DNA of 64,000 nt from a bacterium. GTDB lineage: Bacteria > Fidelibacterota > Fidelibacteria > Fidelibacterales > Fidelibacteraceae. A model generated the notes under the pieces. It made no database searches. It was given only the letters and a program-made list of their open reading frames with translations, and was not told the origin of the DNA. Made by a program: the position numbers and the translations under genes. The stretch spans positions 2,016,001 to 2,080,000 of the forward strand of contig OY781066.1 in the NCBI GenBank assembly GCA_963676395.1, in the 5' to 3' direction. Positions within the stretch are counted from its first letter, which is position 1; each line of letters starts with the position of its first letter. Shown in pieces: positions 50,735 through 60,963 of this stretch.

Positions 50735-51886
50735 CTAATTTTTTAATAGATCATCGTATAATTGTTCTAGAGATCTTATAATTACCCTTTTATCAAATCG
50801 TTTTATAGCATCTTTGCGGATAATGTCTTTATCATAACGTTTGATATTTAAGATCATATCTTTCATGGCATTTTGTAATGCTTTAAGATCATTTGTAGGG
50901 ACGATCAATCCGTTTTCAGGTGTGATTATGTCATTAGCACCACCTACATTCCCCCCGATGACCGGTATACCGCAGGATAAAGCTTCGATAAGCGTAACAC
51001 CAAAGGTCTCCATCTCAGAATAAAGCAAACAAACATCAGCTTGTTGCATGTTCCTCAAGACCTCCTCTTTTCCAGTTTTTTGGATAAATTTTATTTGTCG
51101 GGATAAACTTAGTTCTTGTGCAAGTTTTAATAGAGATTTAGCCTCCGGACCATCACCGACGATAATGAGTTTTGACAAATAATTATTTCCAACTGTCATG
51201 AATGCTTCAAGGATCTTGTCAATTTGCTTTTCAGGTCGTAGCATTGCAACAACCACAAATGTGAAGCGGTCATTTATGTTTTTGTTTTTGTCAGGAAGAA
51301 AAAAATCCGTATCAACCATATTGGGGATAATCTTGGAGCTTTCAGGGACTTTAAATTGTTTTTTTATAGCCTCCATAACGGCCGTAGAGGGTGTTACAAG
51401 GCATTGAATATGGTCATAGGTATATTGGATCAATTTATGTTGAAATGCGTCAAAACCATCATCTAACAAGAATTCTTTGATATGCTCAGAAACGATAATA
51501 GGTATTCCCAAATTCATTTCACATAATGCCGCACCGGCCCAGAGTGATGAGTGAACGTGAAAAAGCTCAGGTTTCCCCTCTTGTTGCATAGCTTTATTGA
51601 GTAGTGATTTAAATGCCTCTTTATATCGTTCATAGAATTTAGGATAATTCCCCGGATGTTGATTCATCAGGATATGTTGGTATGTTTTCACTCCTTGCTG
51701 TTGATAGATCTTTTTTCCCAGATCAGTACGAGATTTAAAAATGGAGCGTAAGGATATGATTTCGGTGCTTACAATTGTAACATCATGCCCCGCTTCCGCT
51801 AATTTTTCGGCATGGTCCTTAAAAAAAGTTCCGTTAATGGGATTACTGGGGTAGGGATACCATGAGGGAATGATAAATATTTTCAT
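50735..51886 (-). CDS. GT4 glycosyltransferase
   Basis: PSWYP...GTFF, HVHS, ETFGVTLIEALSCGIPVI (EX7E). Confidence 0.9.
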   Translation of the reverse strand: MKIFIIPSWYPYPSNPINGTFFKDHAEKLAEAGHDVTIVSTEIISLRSIFKSRTDLGKKIYQQQGVKTYQHILMNQHPGNYPKFYERYKEAFKSLLNKAMQQEGKPELFHVHSSLWAGAALCEMNLGIPIIVSEHIKEFLLDDGFDAFQHKLIQYTYDHIQCLVTPSTAVMEAIKKQFKVPESSKIIPNMVDTDFFLPDKNKNINDRFTFVVVAMLRPEKQIDKILEAFMTVGNNYLSKLIIVGDGPEAKSLLKLAQELSLSRQIKFIQKTGKEEVLRNMQQADVCLLYSEMETFGVTLIEALSCGIPVIGGNVGGANDIITPENGLIVPTNDLKALQNAMKDMILNIKRYDKDIIRKDAIKRFDKRVIIRSLEQLYDDLLKN

Positions 51887-51887
51887 T

Positions 51888-52676
51888 TTATATGCGATTC
51901 TTTATTTCAATGAATTCAGTTTCGATATCATAATTATTTTCACACCATTTTTGTAAAGCTTTTATACCAATGGTTTCGGACCAATAATGTCCCAAATTGA
52001 TATAATTACTTTTACTTTCGTAGGCAATGGCTGGGTGCTGTTCACGAATATCTCCGGTGATATAGGTATCAATTCCTAATTCCAAAGCCTGTTCATAGTA
52101 TGAGCCACCGCCACCTGAAACAATGGCAATGTTTTCCGGAATATCTGGACCAAAATTGCAGTGATCCATTCCAAAAGATTTACCCGGATTGATACCTTCT
52201 GCTTGAATAAATCCCTGTTCATCGGTGCCTAATTTCTTGTGAAAAAGTTCAAGGATCTTGCTTATATTGTATTTTGCCGTATTCTTGACAATATAACCGA
52301 CTTCAAAAGGTTCGATGATCGTTGCGGAAATACAAGCAGCCAATAAGGCATTATTTCCCAATTCTCGGTGAGCATCTAGGGGAAGATGAATACCATATAG
52401 GTTTAAGTTGTTGTCAATAATATTTTTGATTTTGTTCTTTTCACGTCCTGTAATTGAAAAGAAATTCTTGCCGAACACACCATGATGAACGATGAGAGCA
52501 TCTGCTCCTGAATCTATAGCTTTCTGCAGAGACAGTTGGTTGTATGACACGGCAAATGCTATCTTATGGATGTCTTCTTTACCTTCGATCTGAAGACCGT
52601 TATGGCAGAAATCATCGTAGTCTTCGTATCTGAAAAGCTGTTTTAAGCCACTGCTAAGCTCGTCTCGCTTAATCAT
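51888..52676 (-). CDS. Nif3-like dinuclear metal centre protein
   Basis: NGLQIEG, IVHHG, HLPLDAH..LGNN, GHYWSE. Confidence 0.92.
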   Translation of the reverse strand: MIKRDELSSGLKQLFRYEDYDDFCHNGLQIEGKEDIHKIAFAVSYNQLSLQKAIDSGADALIVHHGVFGKNFFSITGREKNKIKNIIDNNLNLYGIHLPLDAHRELGNNALLAACISATIIEPFEVGYIVKNTAKYNISKILELFHKKLGTDEQGFIQAEGINPGKSFGMDHCNFGPDIPENIAIVSGGGGSYYEQALELGIDTYITGDIREQHPAIAYESKSNYINLGHYWSETIGIKALQKWCENNYDIETEFIEIKNRI

Positions 52677-53544
52677 TTACATCCTCCTCTATGACCAAAG
52701 AAATTGCAACCGGTCGGTGATCTGAAATGTGCTCATAATATTCAGTCAATCTACCTTCAAGGTATGTATCGTATCGTATAGTTTCAGTTTTGTAATGCTC
52801 TTCGAATAACTCATTTGTTATTGCAATATGATCAATATGAGATGGATATCTTGGGTAGGACCAAAATAAATTGCTACCTTCCGCAATGGTCATATCGGTA
52901 AAGAAATATGATTGTCGGTCATTTATCATTTCACTAAAAACATTATCATTAACATCTGTTAGTTCATCGTTCATGTCACCCAAAATCACAACGCGTTCAT
53001 TATCGAGATAATCTTCAATGTACTCATCCAAAAGATTGATAGCACTCGTTCTGCGAGCAATATTTTCGGCGTCACCGTAAGCTTTTAGGTGATTATTGAT
53101 GATATAAACAGTTTTCCCATTCCAATTTGCTTCCATGATATAGGGTGGGCGAGGGAAAGCACTCCATTGATTTGTATATATTTCATATGGATCTTTAACC
53201 AATGAAACCTCTGAATTATTATAAAGGTAGGCCAGTCCCCATGAACCCCCACCAGGTGCAATGGTGTATTCATAATTATCAAGACTATCTGCAAGATAAC
53301 TTAATGATAATTCGGAGCTTATCTCTTGTAGTGCTATGATATCGGGCTGCAGGGCCCTTACCGCTGTGACCATATAGTCAATACTTTGAGAACTTGATGG
53401 AAATAAATGTAAGTTCCATGTGACGATATCTAAGGTATCACCGGAATTAAAAGATGGTTTGTCATCATCATTGTCATCGGGTATATCTACGGCACATGAA
53501 AAGATCAGCAGTACACTGAGGAAATATATTAAGTATCGTTTCAA
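52669..53544 (-). CDS. Endonuclease/exonuclease/phosphatase (DNase I-like) lipoprotein
   Basis: IFSC lipobox; TWNL, ALQEI, NHLKA, LGDMND, HIDHI, SDHRPV. Confidence 0.88.
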   Translation of the reverse strand: MKRYLIYFLSVLLIFSCAVDIPDDNDDDKPSFNSGDTLDIVTWNLHLFPSSSQSIDYMVTAVRALQPDIIALQEISSELSLSYLADSLDNYEYTIAPGGGSWGLAYLYNNSEVSLVKDPYEIYTNQWSAFPRPPYIMEANWNGKTVYIINNHLKAYGDAENIARRTSAINLLDEYIEDYLDNERVVILGDMNDELTDVNDNVFSEMINDRQSYFFTDMTIAEGSNLFWSYPRYPSHIDHIAITNELFEEHYKTETIRYDTYLEGRLTEYYEHISDHRPVAISLVIEEDVND

Positions 53545-53942
53545 TTTAGCTCCAAGTCAATAATATACAAGTTGTTAGAAAAACTAATGTTCCGAATTCG
53601 TGTGCTTGATTTGAAATCTTGCATCATTAAATCGGTATTGATCCTTAATGTTGGATATTCTAAGTCAATATAAGACAGATCTTTCAAAAATCGTCTGGCA
53701 AAACCAAAAAGGATATCAGCTATCTTTCGATCAGATAAGATATTCATGCTAAGCATGCCATTTCTAAAGGTAATAAAATCTAATTCTAACGTCACTTTAT
53801 TAAGAATGGGTGCTGTAGCACTAAGAAAGATGGTTGCTCCGGTTTTTTTAAGATCAAAATCCATTTTTTTTATAAGCATAATATCCGGATCCAAAGATCC
53901 TGAAAAGTGAAAATGGTCGAAAGTCAGTTGTAAAGTTTTCAT
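53541..53942 (-). CDS. Hypothetical protein
   Basis: 133-aa ORF whose stop overlaps the next gene's start (ATGA coupling); no motif recognised. Confidence 0.6.
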   Translation of the reverse strand: MKTLQLTFDHFHFSGSLDPDIMLIKKMDFDLKKTGATIFLSATAPILNKVTLELDFITFRNGMLSMNILSDRKIADILFGFARRFLKDLSYIDLEYPTLRINTDLMMQDFKSSTRIRNISFSNNLYIIDLELN

Positions 53943-54009
53943 ACTTGAATTTACTAATAAATTTAATATGGGAAAAGGATAATTTAAACGTGAAATGATA
54001 CTTAGTTAG

Positions 54010-55161
<1,152 letters not shown>

Positions 55162-55173
55162 TTGTCATAAATC

Positions 55174-55208
55174 AATAAAGGCTGCTCGTTAGAGCAGCCT
55201 TTATTTTT
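55174..55208 (+). terminator. Intrinsic terminator after gap
   Basis: AATAAAGGCTGCTC-gtta-GAGCAGCCTTTATT followed by TTT. Confidence 0.8.
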
Positions 55209-55219
55209 CCAAACACACT

Positions 55220-57163
55220 ATGTCAAAGATCAAATTTATATTTGCCTTGCACAATCATCAACCCGTCGGAAACTTCGACGATGTTTTTGATAATGTTTAT
55301 AAAAAATCCTATAAAGTCTATCTTGATCTACTCAAGAAGTATCCTTCTATTTCCACATCACTTCACTATAGTGGTCCCTTATTGGAATGGTTGATAGGTC
55401 ATCAGCCTGAATTTCTTGATAGTATTAACGAGTTAACGGGGCATGATAGAGTTGAACTCTTATCTTCGGCGTATTATGAACCTATGTTAACATTATTGCC
55501 TGAATCAGATCGTATTGGTCAGATTAAATTGCAAAACGCTTTGTTAAGAGATACCTTTGGTTATACACCTTTAGGAATGTGGCTACCCGAACGTGTCTGG
55601 TCGCTTGACCTGCCTTACAGCATTTGTGAGAGTGGTTTAAAGTATACGATCATTGATGAACATCATGTGAGCAATAAACCACCTGTAAAAGGATATTACA
55701 ATACAGAATCCGAAGGTCGAACAATTGGTGTATTTTCCATTTCTCAAAGGCTTCGTGAAATGATCCCTTATGAGAAACCTCAGAAAGTGATCGATTATAT
55801 ACTTTCACAAGCAACTGATAATGAGCAAGATGTAATAGTATTTATGGAGAATGGCGAGAAGTTTGGTGTGTATCCGGATTCCGATTCACATTTGGAATGG
55901 TTGAATGAATTCTTCGAACTCTTAATGAAGTATCAGGATAAAATAGAAACGACTACATTCAAAGAGTATTGGACACATTTTATGCCGCTTGGCCTAGTTT
56001 ATCCTACCGAAGGCGGTTACCCCGAAATGGATACCTGGGCTTCTTCTATGAATGGATTTGGTAAGGGCTGGCGTTCATTTTTAATGAAGTATCCCGAAGC
56101 TAACTGGATGCATAAGCGTATGTGTCAGATATCAAGGAAGATTAAAACATTGGAATGCACGGATAAAGCTAAACGAAGTATTCGCAATATCCGTAAGCAA
56201 TTTTGGTCAGGAACATCTCACGATGCCTATTGGCACGGTATACACGGCGGGATATATCTCCCACATTTAAGAAATGCAACATGGTCTAATCTTATCAAAG
56301 CTGAAGCGGCTATAGATAAGCATCTATATAATCTTTCCGATCAAGTGTATCAAGAAGTTACAGATATTAATCGAGACGGTTATAACGATGTAACCATTAC
56401 AACAAAAAATTTTAGAGCAGTGTTTGATTCCAGTATTATGGGGGGCATGGAAGAACTGGATTTTAAACCTGCAGCAGTAAATCTCTGCAACAATATTTCT
56501 TGCCATCCTGAGCTCTTTCATGAGGATATGGATGAGAAACCCGTATATGATAATCATCCACGCTATTCTTTGATAGAGCGTTATTATGATAAAGACATTA
56601 GTGTTGATATGGTGCGGGAACAACAAATTGAAGATGCCAGTGATTTTTTAAATGAAGCCGTAGAAGTAAAATCCACGGTCAAATCATGTTGTGTAAAATT
56701 TTCCAGAAACGGGTGGATCAATTGGCAACGTGCATATTTATACAAAAATATCCAATTTTCTGAAAATGGTTTCGAAGTAAATTATAGAATTAAAAATAAT
56801 GGTATAGGTCCTATTGATTTTCTTTTCGGTCCGGAATTCAATTTTTCTGTAAATAGCGGAGAATGGGAAAAACGATTCTATTCAGCTCCCAAAGAGCTTA
56901 ATGGAAAGACCATGGAACATGTCTCTGATCTTGATGAAGTAAATGAATTGGAAATCAAGAATACTGCAGATAAATATAAGATAAAGATCACAAGCAAAGA
57001 AGCTGCTCGTGTTATGACATACCCCAATATTATTCCGGTTCTACAACCGTCCGGGCTTGAGAATATTTTCCAGAACGTGGTATTGAATTATTTTTGGAAA
57101 GTTCATTTGGACCCACGAGAAGAAAAAGAGATCAAATTGGAAGTAGAGATTTGCAAAGCGTAA
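55220..57163 (+). CDS. GH57 4-alpha-glucanotransferase/alpha-amylase-like protein (DUF1925/1926 C-terminus), catalytic Asp replaced by Asn
   Basis: HNHQP, YYEP, WLPERVW, MENGEKFG, YPEANWMHKRM, DAYWHG..GG.YLPHLR. Confidence 0.88.
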   Translation: MSKIKFIFALHNHQPVGNFDDVFDNVYKKSYKVYLDLLKKYPSISTSLHYSGPLLEWLIGHQPEFLDSINELTGHDRVELLSSAYYEPMLTLLPESDRIGQIKLQNALLRDTFGYTPLGMWLPERVWSLDLPYSICESGLKYTIIDEHHVSNKPPVKGYYNTESEGRTIGVFSISQRLREMIPYEKPQKVIDYILSQATDNEQDVIVFMENGEKFGVYPDSDSHLEWLNEFFELLMKYQDKIETTTFKEYWTHFMPLGLVYPTEGGYPEMDTWASSMNGFGKGWRSFLMKYPEANWMHKRMCQISRKIKTLECTDKAKRSIRNIRKQFWSGTSHDAYWHGIHGGIYLPHLRNATWSNLIKAEAAIDKHLYNLSDQVYQEVTDINRDGYNDVTITTKNFRAVFDSSIMGGMEELDFKPAAVNLCNNISCHPELFHEDMDEKPVYDNHPRYSLIERYYDKDISVDMVREQQIEDASDFLNEAVEVKSTVKSCCVKFSRNGWINWQRAYLYKNIQFSENGFEVNYRIKNNGIGPIDFLFGPEFNFSVNSGEWEKRFYSAPKELNGKTMEHVSDLDEVNELEIKNTADKYKIKITSKEAARVMTYPNIIPVLQPSGLENIFQNVVLNYFWKVHLDPREEKEIKLEVEICKA

Positions 57164-57437
57164 GTCGTAAGATCCTCCTTCGCTTCTTTGAAACTTCGTA
57201 TGGGCAAGCGTTGGTCGATAATCGCAATATGTCGTAATTTGAATAAGAATAAATAGTCATTATAGAATATTATCCTAGACTTGGTTTGGGATTTTTTTAT
57301 TGGGTAAATAAAAGAGCCACACGATCGCGTGCCTGCATTATCAATCACTATAAATTTAACTTTTTTTCACATCTTACGTTTTACGAAGGCCAGCCTTCGC
57401 ATAAGGCTTTGGCCGGTCAGCATTTTATGCTGATAAT

Positions 57438-57460
57438 AAAAAACCCGATCAAAGATCGGG
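57438..57460 (-). terminator. Terminator of the sigma-rpsU transcript
   Basis: AAAAAA-CCCGATC-aaa-GATCGGG. Confidence 0.8.
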
Positions 57461-57487
57461 AATTTCATACACAATTGTCAGCAGAGA

Positions 57488-57685
57488 TTATCTGTTGGCA
57501 ATACGGGCAAGTCGTTTGAGTCTACGTTCGGCTTTTGCCTTTTTGATGCGTTTATCCTGGCTAGGTTTGATATAATAAGAATTCTTATTGATATCTTTCA
57601 TAATGCCGGCTTTTTCGAATTTCTTCTTGAAGCGTCGTAGGGCTCTTTCCAAAGGTTCATCTTTATGAACTGTGACTTGTACCAT
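57488..57685 (-). CDS. rpsU: 30S ribosomal protein bS21
   Basis: EPLERALRRFKKK..KAGI, YYIKPS. Confidence 0.95.
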   Translation of the reverse strand: MVQVTVHKDEPLERALRRFKKKFEKAGIMKDINKNSYYIKPSQDKRIKKAKAERRLKRLARIANR

Positions 57686-57716
57686 GTGTTTCACCACCTT
57701 CCAATGGGATTAAAGT

Positions 57717-58628
57717 TTATCCTAAGTAATTTCTTAATTTCGTGCTGCGTGATTTATGACGCAGGCGACGAATTGCTTTTTCTTTGATCTGACGTACACG
57801 TTCGCGAGTCAGATTAAATTCTTCACCGATTTCGTTCAAGGTCAGTGCATATTCACGGTCAATACCGAAATACATCTTAATCACTTCACGTTCACGGTCT
57901 TTTAATGTATCCAAAGCAGATTGAATTTCTGATTCAAGAGATTCATCCATTAAACCGCGATCCGGAGACTTTTGACCACCGTCTTCGATAATATCGATCA
58001 GAGAGTTTTTTTCTCCGTCACGGAAAGGAGCATCCAAAGAGTGGTGGCGACGAGAAATACGTACGGCATCGGAAACTTCTTGAGTTTTGATACCTAATTT
58101 TGTTGCCAATTCTTCTTCATTGGGAGTTCTTTCCTGTTCACCTTCAAGTTCTTCAGCTGCGCGGGTGATTTTTGAGATGGTACCAACACGGTTGAGAGGA
58201 AGGCGAACGATACGGCTATGTTCAGCTAGAGCCTGTAAAATTGACTGACGAATCCACCAAACAGCGTATGAGATAAATTTGAATCCACGGGTTTCGTCAA
58301 ATCTCTCGGCTGCCTTAATTAAGCCCAAGTTACCCTCATTGATTAAATCGGTAAGAGGTAGACCTTGTCCTTGATAATCTTTTGCAACAGAAACCACGAA
58401 ACGCAGGTTAGCCTCACATAGTTTTTTTAATGCTCTTCGGTCTCCCTGTTTCGTACGGCGTGCCAGATCGATCTCTTCCTCGGGTTTCAAGGGTTCGAAA
58501 TTACCGATCTCGTCCAAGTAACGACTTAAGGCACGGTTTGCTTCAGAGCTATTACGTTTTTTACGTGCAGCAGCTTCGCTGTTTACTTTAACTCGCTTTG
58601 ATTTTGTTTTCTTTGCAGTTTCTGCCAT
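57717..58628 (-). CDS. rpoD: RpoD/SigA-family sigma70 factor, short form without region 1.1
   Basis: [48 protein letters not shown]; 303 aa. Confidence 0.9.
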   Translation of the reverse strand: MAETAKKTKSKRVKVNSEAAARKKRNSSEANRALSRYLDEIGNFEPLKPEEEIDLARRTKQGDRRALKKLCEANLRFVVSVAKDYQGQGLPLTDLINEGNLGLIKAAERFDETRGFKFISYAVWWIRQSILQALAEHSRIVRLPLNRVGTISKITRAAEELEGEQERTPNEEELATKLGIKTQEVSDAVRISRRHHSLDAPFRDGEKNSLIDIIEDGGQKSPDRGLMDESLESEIQSALDTLKDREREVIKMYFGIDREYALTLNEIGEEFNLTRERVRQIKEKAIRRLRHKSRSTKLRNYLG

Positions 58629-58666
58629 TTCTTGTCCTTATAAAATTATATGGAAAAAAGCCAATT

Positions 58667-58695
58667 AATATAAGGTCAAAGGGGGCAAAATACAA
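58667..58695 (-). promoter_or_regulatory. sigma70-type promoter of the sigma gene
   Basis: Minus strand: TTGTAT, 17 bp spacer, TATATT. Confidence 0.55.
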
Positions 58696-58762
58696 GTAAA
58701 AAGGTAAAAGATAAAAGGGAAGGGGGAAGTTAAAACAGGTTGTTATATTCTTTTATAAATGA

Positions 58763-59215
58763 TTATAAATCAGTCATAAGAATCGAAACAATACTCTCAA
58801 GAGAATTCTTATCTATTTCATCAAAGCGATCTATGGTAGGACTATCGATATCCAGCACTCCCAACTTGATACCATCTTTAATCATAGGGATCACGATTTC
58901 TGAGCGTGAAGCTGAGTCACAAGCTATATGCCCCGGAAATGCATGGACATCGGCAACGATAAGAGTTTTGGATAATGAAATGGAAGTTCCGCAAACACCT
59001 TTGCCAAGTTGGATTTCTACACAGGCCGGTTTGCCCTGAAAAGGCCCCAGTATTAGTTTATCTTCATGTAAAAAGTAGAATCCCGCCCAACTAATATCCG
59101 GCAGTTTGTTGAAAATAGCAGCAGCAACATTGGCATAGTTGCTGATAGATTGATTCACATTCTTGATAAGAGATTTGATTTCGCAGATGAGTTCATTGTA
59201 TAATTGTTCTTTCAT
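58763..59215 (-). CDS. msrC: GAF-domain free methionine-R-sulfoxide reductase
   Basis: WAGFY, LGPFQGKPAC, GKGVCG, FPGHIACD..SRSEIV, VLDIDS. Confidence 0.9.
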   Translation of the reverse strand: MKEQLYNELICEIKSLIKNVNQSISNYANVAAAIFNKLPDISWAGFYFLHEDKLILGPFQGKPACVEIQLGKGVCGTSISLSKTLIVADVHAFPGHIACDSASRSEIVIPMIKDGIKLGVLDIDSPTIDRFDEIDKNSLESIVSILMTDL

Positions 59216-59357
59216 ATTAAAGTTTAATCAAAATATGGTATGATACCAATTCTAAATTATATGAATTCTAATGTCCCGGTCATTCGGTACAATGTGTTAG
59301 CTAAATAAAAAATATTTTTTTATATTATTGTATCAAAATAACTATTTAGGAGGAAGT

Positions 59358-60008
59358 ATGACTCAGGCTACTCTTCAAGCCTTGGATGGCTTACGTGATC
59401 TCTCAATGATGAAATGGTATGTGATTCCATTATTGTCTGTGGTGTTTTATATTTACACGCAAGAAATAAATAAAGCTCGTTTGACAAAAAATTGGGATGC
59501 GGTATTTGCCGGTCTCATGGTGTTCGGATTGGATTTTTTTAACGAAACCTGGAATGGGTGGGCGTTATGGATTTCAGGACGATCTGCATTTTGGACCGCT
59601 CCAGGTGATACGGGTTTACGAGTTACGATTGGTTGGAACATTGAGATAATTTTTATGTTTTTGATGTTAGGTATTATATTCTACAACTCCTTATCCGAAA
59701 AACAGGATAAAAAGATTTTTGGGTTAAATGAAAAATGGGCCATAGCGATTGCTTACACTATTCTCTGTGTTTTTATTGAGTGTGTCCTAAATAAAGCCGA
59801 TCTGTTGATTTGGGAATATACATTATGGAATCGTTCTTTTATAGGTATTTGGGCGATATTGATATTTGGGTATTTTATTTTCTTTGCCGGTGCGATATTT
59901 ATTATTACACGGAAGACCATGAAAGAAAAAATGATAACTCTTGGCGTAGTTTATGGTGTGCCGATCCTGATGAATATTATTGCAGCGATAGCTGGCGCCA
60001 AGTATTAA
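59358..60008 (+). CDS. Multi-pass membrane protein of unknown function
   Basis: About 6 hydrophobic helices; AGGAGG RBS before ATG 59358. Confidence 0.75.
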   Translation: MTQATLQALDGLRDLSMMKWYVIPLLSVVFYIYTQEINKARLTKNWDAVFAGLMVFGLDFFNETWNGWALWISGRSAFWTAPGDTGLRVTIGWNIEIIFMFLMLGIIFYNSLSEKQDKKIFGLNEKWAIAIAYTILCVFIECVLNKADLLIWEYTLWNRSFIGIWAILIFGYFIFFAGAIFIITRKTMKEKMITLGVVYGVPILMNIIAAIAGAKY

Positions 60009-60102
60009 AATTGAACAGATATAAAGAATTATGTCGTGTAAGGTGTCCCGAAATTATCCGGGGAAGCCGTTCCCTACATTTTTTATGGAAAGTAGATAAT
60101 AG

Positions 60103-60771
60103 ATGCGAAAGAGAAACTTCATTTTATTTTTAATATTGATTATTACAATATCCTGTTCTAATAAGCAGGATATATTACAGGTTTTTGATATTGAGAACGA
60201 CGATCGCTTGCTGGCTCACGTAGACGTTGAAACTACAGGTTTAATTCCCGGATATCATGAGATGATTGATATAGGTTTGGTGATTACTGATGTTGTCGGC
60301 AATAAGATCGATAGTTTATTTTTATTAATTAAACCTGATCACCCGGAACGTTTACAACCGGGTGCATACGCGGTTAATGCCTTTGATGCAGTGAAATGGG
60401 AGGAACGTGGCGCATTTTCAATTGATGCCGCTGTGGATAGCATCCTCTCATTTCACCAAAGGGTCTGTGGTGATAAGCAGGTGCTGATGATCGCCTATAA
60501 TTCTCATTTCGATTCGGCATTTCTAGACCATTTGTTCAGACATGCAGATCATAGTTGGCGGGAAATGTATCATTATTTCATTTTAGATATTCCTTCAATG
60601 CTATGGGGAATGGGATACACCGATCCTCTGGCCGATGAGTTTATGGAATATTATCAGGTCAAAGATGAACCTCATGTTGCCGAAGACCATACCGGTATCA
60701 CCGGTGTGATGTTGAATGTGAGAATTTATAAAGCCTTGATGGCGATTCATCTTAAACAAAGATGTAAATAA
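60103..60771 (+). CDS. DEDDh (DnaQ-like) 3'-5' exonuclease-fold protein with a lipoprotein signal
   Basis: MRKRN-hydrophobic-TISC; ExoI DVETTG; ExoII YNSHFD. Confidence 0.75.
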   Translation: MRKRNFILFLILIITISCSNKQDILQVFDIENDDRLLAHVDVETTGLIPGYHEMIDIGLVITDVVGNKIDSLFLLIKPDHPERLQPGAYAVNAFDAVKWEERGAFSIDAAVDSILSFHQRVCGDKQVLMIAYNSHFDSAFLDHLFRHADHSWREMYHYFILDIPSMLWGMGYTDPLADEFMEYYQVKDEPHVAEDHTGITGVMLNVRIYKALMAIHLKQRCK

Positions 60772-60963
60772 TAACTACTTAGGGTTCAACATGTTGGAAC
60801 CGGTTAAAACAAAGTTTGGATATGTCTACCATTTATGTGCTGTTTATCAAAATAAATAATCAAAATTTTCATTGATTTAAGACCGAAAAATAACGATAAT
60901 TTGCTGTGGTAGGGTTACAAATAAAATATCAGTTCTATATTCCAATAAAATAAGAGGATAGCT

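Noticed and set aside
57103..57519. ORFs of 81 and 77 aa in the GH57-rpsU gap
   Set aside because: They span terminator and repeat hairpins and have no RBS or recognisable composition.
60772..60963. Possible purine/ZTP/PRPP riboswitch upstream of purM
   Set aside because: AT-rich, with no recognisable aptamer core or terminator.
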